A stretch of DNA of 28,752 nucleotides, from assembly GCA_044358425.1 (NCBI GenBank), contig CP054849.1, forward strand, positions 244,577 through 273,328, written 5' to 3'. Source of the stretch: Marine Group I thaumarchaeote (GTDB lineage: Archaea; Thermoproteota; Nitrososphaeria; Nitrososphaerales; Nitrosopumilaceae). Made by a program: the position numbers and the translations under genes. The number at the start of each line of letters is the position of its first letter. Positions within the stretch are counted from its first letter, which is position 1. Below, piece by piece: positions 17,087 to 25,137 of the stretch. The notes below the pieces were generated by a model. It was given only the letters and a program-made list of their open reading frames with translations, ran no database searches and was not told the DNA's origin.

Positions 17087-18838
17087 TCAAAATAAATTAT
17101 TTGCAATTTTTCTAAGTGCCATTATTTCATCTTCTTCTTGTCTGATTTTCTTATCTATGACTCTGAGCATTGTGTCATTCCAAACATGTTGTGAGAAGAA
17201 ATTATGTTTTGTATTTGCCAGCTCGATTTCATCATCTACTACTGTATCTTCTAGAAATTTTGTCACAATTATATCTGTTATTTTTAAAATTCTATTATTT
17301 AACTTAAAACTATGAAAAATTGGTTCTAATTTTCTAATGTCTGATTTAAAATCTCCTTTAGATTCTAAAATTTTTTTATGTAATATTCTAAAATAAACAG
17401 CTACAAAGAATAATGTTGCATATCTTTTTGTTTTATGACCTCCTTGTTTGCCATATTTCAAAGATTTTTTTGCAAATTCTTTTACAAGATATGGATATAG
17501 TATAATTCTATAATCATCTTTTAGATTATCATTGAAAATTTGATCATATTTGCTACCTCTTGGAAGAAACTGAGATGGAGAACTATATGACTCGGTTGGT
17601 CTTTGTTCGATACCTGCAACTAGTGATTGAATTGCATCTTTGGCAACAATGACTTTTTTATGATTATCTGGTAAATAATTATTGTAAGCCCCGTCTCCAT
17701 TGTATTCTGATTGTTTAGATTTTGATTTTGTATCAAATGAGCCTGCTTGAATTTCATAAAAATACCCACAATTTTTCAATTGTGATTTAATTGATTTATG
17801 AAAATCCATTAATGAAACTAAATCTTTTCCTCTAACTGAATTTTGTGAATTTCTATATTTTGTAATGTTGTTTTGTTCTTGTTCATCATCTGCTTTGATT
17901 ATAGTCACTGTCATTGATCCATCCATATTTTTTGTTCTCTTTGAATGATCTAAAATTGAATTTGATGTTTGTGCACCATTAACAATTTGTGGAGCAAAAA
18001 GCTCAATCATATTTTCTCCTAGTTCTGTGAAATCACTAACTACTATTGTAATTCCATTATTATAAAAAAAGAATTTCCCTGGATTTGTTTGTAAAGTATC
18101 TCTTAGTCCTTTGTTTACTGTAGTTTTAAATTGCATCCATTGTCTGATGTTTGATTCAAAGACATAGTCTCTATTTTTACTTACAAATTCTGTTAATTCA
18201 CGTAGTTTTAAAATTCCTAAAATAGTATTTTCATGTCTAAGCATTCTTTCAAGTTTAATGGATGATTTTTTCCCTGCTGCTGGTTTTTTAATTCTGTCCC
18301 ATAATCTTTGAATTATTTTCTCTTCATCAATTATTTCTACTATTTCATCTTGATAATCGACTTTTTGATCCGTAACATAACAACATTTTATTTTTAGATT
18401 TTTTTCTTTGATTTTTGTAACAAGTTGAGCTAATTCTGGTCTCATTTTTGTTATATCTTTTGTAAGTAATCTTTTTGCATCTTCTTTGAATTTTGCAATT
18501 GCTTCAAGAGAATGTGAAGTTCCATATTTTGATTGGAATAATCTAACAGTGTTGTCTGAAAAATCTACTGGTAAATATGCATCAATCCCTAGATCGTTTG
18601 CCCCATCTACAATTGCATCTGCTGCATCATCCTCTGTAGCCTCAAAAACTCTTGTTAAAATCCATTGAAGAAAATTATTACCTTTTTCTACTTCACTTTT
18701 TGAATCTTCGGCGTATTCCTGAATGTTTTCTCTAATGTTTTCTGCAAATCCTTCTAGAGGTGGACTAGAATTTTTTTGTACTAATAGAGCCTGTGATCCT
18801 GGTATGTATTCTAATAAACCATTTGGATTTTGTGACAT
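17087..18838 (-). CDS. AIPR (abortive-infection phage-resistance) family protein
   Basis: N-terminal Mrr-like nuclease motif (DGANDLGIDA...LFQSKY) and AIPR core VFESNIR, VNKGLRDTL, FFFYNNGITIV, QIVNGAQT, ITKYRNSQN. Confidence 0.88.
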   Translation of the reverse strand: MSQNPNGLLEYIPGSQALLVQKNSSPPLEGFAENIRENIQEYAEDSKSEVEKGNNFLQWILTRVFEATEDDAADAIVDGANDLGIDAYLPVDFSDNTVRLFQSKYGTSHSLEAIAKFKEDAKRLLTKDITKMRPELAQLVTKIKEKNLKIKCCYVTDQKVDYQDEIVEIIDEEKIIQRLWDRIKKPAAGKKSSIKLERMLRHENTILGILKLRELTEFVSKNRDYVFESNIRQWMQFKTTVNKGLRDTLQTNPGKFFFYNNGITIVVSDFTELGENMIELFAPQIVNGAQTSNSILDHSKRTKNMDGSMTVTIIKADDEQEQNNITKYRNSQNSVRGKDLVSLMDFHKSIKSQLKNCGYFYEIQAGSFDTKSKSKQSEYNGDGAYNNYLPDNHKKVIVAKDAIQSLVAGIEQRPTESYSSPSQFLPRGSKYDQIFNDNLKDDYRIILYPYLVKEFAKKSLKYGKQGGHKTKRYATLFFVAVYFRILHKKILESKGDFKSDIRKLEPIFHSFKLNNRILKITDIIVTKFLEDTVVDDEIELANTKHNFFSQHVWNDTMLRVIDKKIRQEEDEIMALRKIANNLF

Positions 18839-18912
18839 TAATTTTTGTAATGTATTATATATTTAGAGAATTAGGTAATTGTGTAATAACTCTCAAATGG
18901 ATATGAAATGAA

Positions 18913-19353
18913 ATGATAAAAAAAATAATCTCTTTGGCAATAATATTGGGAATATCTGTAACTGTTATTGGTTTGTCATTATCTGGATTAAATTCTGAAG
19001 AAATTACTTCTGAAGAAATCAACTCTGAAGAGGCTAGTTTAGAAACTGAAGAAATGATGAAAGCAGATGTTCTAATACCAACCAAGGTCTCACGTCCTGG
19101 ATGTGATATTGAAGATATTTGTTATATCCCATCGAAAATAATTGTAGAAAAAGGAGGTTCTATCACATGGTTGAATGAAGATTCTGCTTTTCATACTGTA
19201 ACATCTGGGTTTTATGGAGAGCCTACTGAACTTTTTGATAGCGGTTATTTGGATCCATATCAGTATTACACATTATCTTTTGATGAAATTGGTACATTCG
19301 ATTACTTTTGCGAATTACATCCTTGGATGTTTGCTCAGGTAATTGTAGAATAA
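18913..19353 (+). CDS. Membrane-anchored blue copper (plastocyanin/cupredoxin) protein
   Basis: N-terminal TM helix, W.NEDSAFHTVTSG, FDSG, YFCELHPWM. All four type-1 Cu ligands (H, C, H, M) are present. Confidence 0.92.
   Translation: MIKKIISLAIILGISVTVIGLSLSGLNSEEITSEEINSEEASLETEEMMKADVLIPTKVSRPGCDIEDICYIPSKIIVEKGGSITWLNEDSAFHTVTSGFYGEPTELFDSGYLDPYQYYTLSFDEIGTFDYFCELHPWMFAQVIVE
18991..19035 (+). repeat. Three imperfect 15-bp tandem repeats in the cupredoxin linker (NSEEI-TSEEI-NSEEA)
   Basis: AATTCTGAAGAAATT / ACTTCTGAAGAAATC / AACTCTGAAGAGGCT. Confidence 0.8.
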
Positions 19354-19425
19354 AGGTACCCGAGGGAGTCGAACCCCCTTGTATAAGCTTTGCAGGCTCA
19401 CGCATAACCGTTCTGCCAGAGTACC
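19354..19425 (-). tRNA. tRNA-Cys (anticodon GCA)
   Basis: Reverse complement GGTACTCTGGCAGAACGGTTATGCGTGAGCCTGCAAAGCTTATACAAGGGGGTTCGACTCCCTCGGGTACCT. Acceptor GGTACTC/GGGTACC, anticodon loop CT-GCA-AA, TTCGA loop, U73. No intron. Confidence 0.95.
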
Positions 19426-19467
19426 GTTTTGAAAAACACGAAATGAACAATTAAACTCTTTAGATTA

Positions 19468-19686
19468 TTATTTACTAAATGATTTTGAAGCTAATTTTAC
19501 ATCTTCAGCTTTGATTGTTTTTCTACCTGCATGTGATGCCATATCAACAGCATTTTTTGCAATATCTTCAGCAATATCTTCTATAATTCGTCTTAATTCA
19601 TCTGCTGATTCATCACTAACTCTTTCTGCACCAGATTTTTTTAATATTCTATACATTGCTGATAATCCCAATTCTGAAGATTTCAT
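19468..19686 (-). CDS. Archaeal histone (HMf-like)
   Basis: RILKKSGAERVSD, A.HAGRKTIKAED histone-fold signature. Confidence 0.95.
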   Translation of the reverse strand: MKSSELGLSAMYRILKKSGAERVSDESADELRRIIEDIAEDIAKNAVDMASHAGRKTIKAEDVKLASKSFSK

Positions 19687-19782
19687 AATTTTTGTTTCTC
19701 TTTTTTGTGAAAAAACTTAATGAGTGAAAAAATATCACTAAGGAATCGATTTATACAGACAACATTCAAAATTTATTAGATT

Positions 19783-20541
19783 ATGACATGGTTATTTGAT
19801 TCTCACATACATCTATCTGATTCTGCATATTTGCCTGAAATTGATTTTATTTTAACTCAAATGGATTCACTCAAAATTAAGGCATGTTGTGTTTCTATGA
19901 ATTATGAAAATTCGCTCTCAACATTATCTTTGTCAAAAAAAAGTGATCTTGTTTTACCTTTTATTGGAATTCATCCTGAATGTTCAAATGATGATGATCT
20001 TGAAAAAATAAATGATTTAATTGAATTAAATCAAAATTCTATTTCTGGTATAGGTGAGATAGGATTGGATCCTACTTATTGTAAAAATAAAGATGATACT
20101 CAGAGACAAATTCATGTCTTTGAATCTTTACTTTCATCTGCAGAAAAATTTCATAAACCTGTTTCAATTCATTCTAGAAAAAGTCTTGATGATATTTTTG
20201 AAATAATGACTTCATATGATACAAAACATGCTTTACTGCATTGGTTTGATGGCAGTAAAAAACAACTTCAAAAAGCCATGGATATGGATTTTTTTGTATC
20301 GTTTGGCCCTGTAATGATTTATGCAAATGATAAACAAAGTTTATTGTCAAAAGCTAATGAGTCAAAAATTCTTGTTGAGACTGATGGACCTGTTAGATTT
20401 TCTAGATGTTTTGAAATGAAATCTGGACAGATTAGCTTTATCCCCAGCGTTATTTTTTGTGCCTCAAAAGTTCTTGAAAAAACATTTGATGACATGTCAT
20501 GTCTATTGGAGGAAAATACAAAACGGTATCTTGGAATATAG
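19783..20541 (+). CDS. tatD: TatD family nuclease/hydrolase
   Basis: DSHIH, GIHP, GIGEIGLD, PVSIHSR, LLHWF, ILVETDGP. Confidence 0.92.
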   Translation: MTWLFDSHIHLSDSAYLPEIDFILTQMDSLKIKACCVSMNYENSLSTLSLSKKSDLVLPFIGIHPECSNDDDLEKINDLIELNQNSISGIGEIGLDPTYCKNKDDTQRQIHVFESLLSSAEKFHKPVSIHSRKSLDDIFEIMTSYDTKHALLHWFDGSKKQLQKAMDMDFFVSFGPVMIYANDKQSLLSKANESKILVETDGPVRFSRCFEMKSGQISFIPSVIFCASKVLEKTFDDMSCLLEENTKRYLGI

Positions 20542-20571
20542 GTATAAAATACCCCCTTCGTTAATTCATTC

Positions 20572-20922
20572 GTGGATAGGATAAAACGTCTTTCATTTGA
20601 AGTATTAAATGACCATAAGACAAAATTTGGTGAAGATTTCACTGAAAACAAAAAAGCACTAAATCAAGTTTCTATTATCCGCTCAAAAGGATTGAAAAAT
20701 AAAGTTGCAGGATACATCACACGATTTAATAAAAAACAAATTCTCAACGAACAATACAAACAAGATAATGTTGATTCTTCAAATGATGAAGAACAAGATT
20801 CTTCATTAGAGATTACAGATTCTGAGAATATTTCTGAAACAGTTGAAGAAATTACTCTTACAAACGAAGAAGTTGAAACAATTACTGCTACAGCAGAATC
20901 TGTAGAAGAGAAATCTGAATAA
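20572..20922 (+). CDS. rps17e: 30S ribosomal protein S17e (eS17) with acidic C-terminal tail
   Basis: IKRLS..V......F.EDFTENK......IRSKGLKNKVAGYITR. GTG start. Confidence 0.9.
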   Translation: MDRIKRLSFEVLNDHKTKFGEDFTENKKALNQVSIIRSKGLKNKVAGYITRFNKKQILNEQYKQDNVDSSNDEEQDSSLEITDSENISETVEEITLTNEEVETITATAESVEEKSE

Positions 20923-20964
20923 TTAATTAAATATTAATCTCTAAATTGTAAATAAGATATTGAT

Positions 20965-21738
20965 ATGATTGCTGTAAAATTAGTCGGTGGTGCAAAAAAA
21001 TTATTTAATTCTGAACAATTTCAAATTGAAAAATCTGATATATCAGTAAATGAATTACTTGAGCATTTGTTAGAAATTAAACCTAATGATACTTCTGAAC
21101 TTGATATTGAAAATATCCTAATTGCAATTAATGGTTCTGATTCTTCAGCCATGAATGGAAAGGATACTATAATCTCTGATGGTGATGTTGTAAGTATAAT
21201 CCCTGTTATTCACGGTGGTTCCTCAAAAAAATTAACGTTTGAAATTGAAAAAAAGCAAATTCACATTATTGAAATTTGTGGCCAAAAAAAAATTGATATT
21301 CAATTTCTTGACAATTTAAGAGAAAAATATCCTAAATTAAAATTTCAAGTTATTTCAAGTAATTTTGTTCTAAATGCTTCTCATTTAAAGAAAATTTTAT
21401 CGATTTCAATAAATGCAGAAAAAAATAATATTTTACTATCAAACAAGCTTGAAACTGATATTTTAATGAGATTTGCATCCACGTTACAAATTTCTAATGC
21501 AATTTCTTCTGTTGGTTTGAAACCTTCAGTTAATTTTATTTTAATTGTAATTGGAAATAAAAATCACTTTAATTCAGTATATTCTGAATTGTCTCCATTA
21601 TGTGTAAATTTATTTTTGAAAAATCATACTTCGTTTATTAAAAAACATTTCAATATTTCAAAAAAACATATTGATTCAGTATATTCAAAAACTCCTCTAG
21701 AAGATATTTTGGTCGAAAAAGCTTCTATTTTACTCTGA
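20965..21738 (+). CDS. Ubiquitin-like (MoaD/ThiS/SAMP) domain fused to KEOPS subunit Cgi121-like domain
   Basis: Residues 1-85 form a beta-grasp pattern (I.VKL.G, ILIAING, DGDVVSIIPVIHGG). Remainder has Cgi121-like HL...L..SI.A...LLSNKLETDILMRFASTLQISNAI..VG and EDILVEKA. Confidence 0.82.
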   Translation: MIAVKLVGGAKKLFNSEQFQIEKSDISVNELLEHLLEIKPNDTSELDIENILIAINGSDSSAMNGKDTIISDGDVVSIIPVIHGGSSKKLTFEIEKKQIHIIEICGQKKIDIQFLDNLREKYPKLKFQVISSNFVLNASHLKKILSISINAEKNNILLSNKLETDILMRFASTLQISNAISSVGLKPSVNFILIVIGNKNHFNSVYSELSPLCVNLFLKNHTSFIKKHFNISKKHIDSVYSKTPLEDILVEKASILL

Positions 21739-22254
21739 CATACTTCGTTTAGTTTTTTCTAGACTAAGTATATCTGATTTTTTAATGAGTGAAATCCCTG
21801 TAACGATTCCTAGTATCTCAATTAAAATAATTTTATCTGGATAATCTAATGATACTTTGTTTTTTATTTGATTTGCAATATTTGTAATTATTTCTTTACT
21901 TGAAATATCTGAATTTCTTTTCTCAATTAGTATTCTATATGATTCATCATCTTCAATTTTATCTGAAATGCTAGAAATACATTCTTGAATTTTTTCAAGA
22001 TTTGTTTCAACAATTTTTTGAATTGGAATTACTCTTAAGCAGTATCTGATACTCCAAGGCTCATCTAACAAGATCTCCTTCATTTTTCTAACTACTTCTA
22101 TGGGATCTAATTTTGTTTGAATAGTAATAATTCCAGACATATTGCTAACAGAAATTTTAATATCGGAATCTCCTAACTCGTCTAAAATATCTATTATTTC
22201 TTCCTCTGCTTCTCCTTCTAAATTTCTTGCACAGGTAACAATCAGATTCATCAA
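21730..22254 (-). CDS. Stand-alone THUMP-domain RNA-binding protein
   Basis: NLIVTC, E.EAEEE, SG.I, RVIPIQ, SYRILIEKR, KVSLDYPDKIILIEI.G..TGIS. Confidence 0.87.
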   Translation of the reverse strand: MMNLIVTCARNLEGEAEEEIIDILDELGDSDIKISVSNMSGIITIQTKLDPIEVVRKMKEILLDEPWSIRYCLRVIPIQKIVETNLEKIQECISSISDKIEDDESYRILIEKRNSDISSKEIITNIANQIKNKVSLDYPDKIILIEILGIVTGISLIKKSDILSLEKTKRSMSE

Positions 22255-22856
22255 ATCGTAATATCCTCTTTTTTTAATGCGCCTTCTCTAATGATGTGAA
22301 TTTTTTCATTTTTTATTTCTATAATTGTTGATTCGCCTTTACTTGTAATTGTTCCTCCATCAACAAAAACATCATAGTTTTTGACATTTTTCATGCATTC
22401 TTGAGGATCTGTAAATGATGAATCCCCCGAAATATTTGCACTTGTGCCGACTAGTAAATTACATTTGTTTAATAATTTTAAAGTGCACTCTGAATTTGGA
22501 ATTCTCACTGCAATTTTATCTTCTAAATTCAATGATTTTTTTAAATTTTTATCTTTTAATTTTAAAATTAATGTAAGTGGTCCTGGCCAATATTTTTTAA
22601 TAATTTTTTCAGTAAATTCGTCTATTATGCTAATTTCTTTTACTATCTGTATTGAACTTGCTAATACTGGTAATGACTTTATTTTTTCCCTTGATTTAAT
22701 TTCATAAATTTTTTTTACTGCATTTGCATTGTATGGATTACAACCTATTCCATATACAGTATCTGTTGGAAATATTACAACTCCTCCATTTTCAATAATT
22801 TCATCTGCTTTTTTAATTCCCTCATCGTGACAATTTACTTTCATTATAACTAACAT
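22251..22856 (-). CDS. L-threonylcarbamoyladenylate synthase (short TsaC/YrdC type)
   Basis: FPTDTVYGIG, IYEIKSR, YWPGPLT, AVRIP, TSANISG, STII, IIREGA. No C-terminal SUA5 domain. True start may be a few codons downstream (MKVNC). Confidence 0.92.
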   Translation of the reverse strand: MLVIMKVNCHDEGIKKADEIIENGGVVIFPTDTVYGIGCNPYNANAVKKIYEIKSREKIKSLPVLASSIQIVKEISIIDEFTEKIIKKYWPGPLTLILKLKDKNLKKSLNLEDKIAVRIPNSECTLKLLNKCNLLVGTSANISGDSSFTDPQECMKNVKNYDVFVDGGTITSKGESTIIEIKNEKIHIIREGALKKEDITI

Positions 22857-22924
22857 TCATTATTTCTTTAATTATTATTTTCTTTTTGTTATTGTAATTT
22901 GTATTAATTTAATACACGAAGAAA

Positions 22925-23212
22925 TTAAATATTTAAACCAAAATTATCTGCAAATTTAGAAAATGAATGATATGCTTGAAGAAATTCTCTTCCTGATTGA
23001 CTAATTTTATATCTGTTTGAACCTTGTGAATCAGCTTGTTCTAACAAGCCTTGTGAAACTAATGTTTTTAAAATTCTAGAAATTCTAGAATGAGAAATAT
23101 TTGCTTTTCTAATTAGATATGTTACTGTTGCCCCATTTTCATCTTGAAGGTCATCTCTAGTTGTTGACAGTATGTCTCCAATAATTTTCATTTGTGTTCT
23201 ATATTCTGCCAT
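22925..23212 (-). CDS. Winged helix-turn-helix transcriptional regulator, paralog of 15804..16085
   Basis: YRTQMKIIGDIL...LIRKANISHSRISRIL..L...GLL...YKISQSGREFL...FGLNI. Confidence 0.88.
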   Translation of the reverse strand: MAEYRTQMKIIGDILSTTRDDLQDENGATVTYLIRKANISHSRISRILKTLVSQGLLEQADSQGSNRYKISQSGREFLQAYHSFSKFADNFGLNI

Positions 23213-23316
23213 TTCCCTGTGTTTTTTGTTGTTAAATCTGTATACGAAACAAATGATATTTTCGTCTATACTAAAAAGATAAAAGAATTTGACAACTCTG
23301 GATTTTTGAGCCTATT

Positions 23317-23964
23317 TCAAATTTTATCCAAGTCGTCATCAAATTTTATCCTCTTTAATGGAACCTTACTTACTGGAATGAATAATGCAACTAATCCTCC
23401 TATTTTGATTGTCATAGATATTGAATATAATATTGATTCAGGAAATACAAAAGAATACCATCCCAAAAATTCTCCAAATGCTAAAAGTCCTAATCCTAAG
23501 GCAACTGAAACTGCACCTTTGTTTTTATTGTCTCTATATGACAATATTGTTTCAATTGCACCATACACCAATAAAATAAATGAAATTGATCTGAAAATAT
23601 GTTCTAGTTGAACTGTTGACACCAAGAAAAATGGTAAAATTCCTATTGATCTAAAGTAATTTGATTTTGGAAAAAATGCTTTAATGCTGTGGGAAAATGC
23701 AATAAAAAAATATCCTACAGTTTGAATTACAATTCCTAATGTTTGAATTCCTCTATCTATGTTTCCAGCTTTAATTACATAATCTTCTAGCATGTATCCT
23801 GACCAAATCACAAAAAATCCTATGCTAATTGAAAAAAATGCAATTGCTAATCTAAATAATGTTGGACTGCCAGTATTTCGAAATCCTATAAAAGACATAA
23901 TGCCAATTGGAAGTCCTACTAAAAATCCTACAAGATTTAATATATTTTCTAATAAAAATTCCAA
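23317..23964 (-). CDS. Multi-pass (6-7 TM) membrane protein
   Basis: Alternating hydrophobic helices. TTG start. Co-oriented and directly upstream of the wHTH gene. Confidence 0.85.
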   Translation of the reverse strand: MEFLLENILNLVGFLVGLPIGIMSFIGFRNTGSPTLFRLAIAFFSISIGFFVIWSGYMLEDYVIKAGNIDRGIQTLGIVIQTVGYFFIAFSHSIKAFFPKSNYFRSIGILPFFLVSTVQLEHIFRSISFILLVYGAIETILSYRDNKNKGAVSVALGLGLLAFGEFLGWYSFVFPESILYSISMTIKIGGLVALFIPVSKVPLKRIKFDDDLDKI

Positions 23965-24024
23965 TGATGTTTAGTAATTTCTTAAAGTAATTATTTTAAT
24001 CTGATGAATCATTTTACCATCTTG

Positions 24025-24240
24025 TTAATCCCATTCATCCAAAGATCCTGCTGTATGTCCTTCTGTGCTACCACCCGATGCATAATCTCCTAAAATATCT
24101 GAATATCTTGGTTGATTATGTGCTACAAATTTTACATATTCTCCGTAACTCATATCTAAATCACATGAACCACATTTGACAACTGAATAATCCATTGCAA
24201 CTTCTGCATTTTCTTTACATTTTGGACACTTGATCTTCAT
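24025..24240 (-). CDS. Small zinc-ribbon protein
   Basis: CPKC and CGSC motifs in a 71-aa ORF with ATG start. Confidence 0.8.
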   Translation of the reverse strand: MKIKCPKCKENAEVAMDYSVVKCGSCDLDMSYGEYVKFVAHNQPRYSDILGDYASGGSTEGHTAGSLDEWD

Positions 24241-24317
24241 GCTATCTGATATTGTTCATTAATTATTATTACTTTACATCAAAAAAAGATAAAAGGAGTA
24301 ATTTCTTCCTGATTCTT

Positions 24318-24599
24318 ATGAGTCGTACATGTACCAAATGTAAAAATTCTATTCCTGATACTGAACAATTAGGACCAGTAAATGAAAAATATCCTACATG
24401 CACAAAGTGTTGGACTGAATGGAAAGAATATCAGATTATGGTCATGAATGAAATGAAATTAGATATGTCTATGGCTGATCACAGAAAATTATTAAAAAAA
24501 CACGAAAAAATCTTTGTAGGTGTATTATCTCCTGAAGGAGAAATCATTGATTACACAAATGAAGATAATAGAAAACCTGATGAGCCTCAAGTAAACTAA
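24318..24599 (+). CDS. YggX-like Fe(II)-trafficking/oxidative-damage protection protein with two CxxC motifs
   Basis: MSRT, W.EWKEYQIMVMNEMKLDM...DHRKLL......F resembles YggX (W..W...QTMLINE..L.M....HRKLL). Likely start ATG 24318. Confidence 0.78.
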   Translation: MSRTCTKCKNSIPDTEQLGPVNEKYPTCTKCWTEWKEYQIMVMNEMKLDMSMADHRKLLKKHEKIFVGVLSPEGEIIDYTNEDNRKPDEPQVN

Positions 24600-25057
24600 A
24601 TTTTTAAATGAATTTTTGCATTATTTGGTATAATGATTAGAATTTTTTTCCTATCACTTTCATCCAGATTTTGAATAATTTTTTTGATCGTTTTTGCTAT
24701 AGTATCTTTTTCATTTTCTTCTAATTGCAAAAACATTTCTAAAATCCCGTCTAGATTAAACGCAATTAATTTTTCTGGTTCTAATAATGATTGGTTAATG
24801 TATGCTTGAAACATTCCTTCTCTATGATCTTCTGGAAGACTTGCTACAATTTTTAACCATGATTTAAACAATTTAGAAAAATTAAGAAATGGAATTGTTG
24901 GACCAGCTTCTAAAGCATTATAGATAATTTCTTTTTTGTCTGATTCATCTTTTGAAAAAAATTCAATCATTCTTTTTTTTAAAATTGGCACTCGAAGAAA
25001 ATCTGGTAGACTAGCTAAATTTACAATAATATTTCCAGCAAAATTATCTTCAGACAT
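24596..25057 (-). CDS. Hypothetical all-alpha protein
   Basis: Long clean ORF. Likely start ATG 25057 (MSEDNF); the track extends to 25099. Confidence 0.75.
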   Translation of the reverse strand: MSEDNFAGNIIVNLASLPDFLRVPILKKRMIEFFSKDESDKKEIIYNALEAGPTIPFLNFSKLFKSWLKIVASLPEDHREGMFQAYINQSLLEPEKLIAFNLDGILEMFLQLEENEKDTIAKTIKKIIQNLDESDRKKILIIIPNNAKIHLKI

Positions 25058-25137
25058 CGATCTAATCTGATGTTGCTTGAATATAAAATCATGTGACAAT
25101 ACTTTAGCTTAAATAAACGAAATGGATGTTTAGAATT

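Noticed and set aside
16898-17095. 65-aa + strand ORF across the hairpin region
   Set aside because: Overlaps the Zn-finger gene start and the AIPR stop, has low-complexity Phe/Leu composition, and the region is better explained by promoters and RNA structure.
15050-19425. Intact integrated element or provirus at either tRNA
   Set aside because: No integrase, viral hallmark gene or att-like duplication of a tRNA 3' end is visible.
19223-19450. 75-aa minus-strand ORF
   Set aside because: Runs through tRNA-Cys and is antisense to the cupredoxin.
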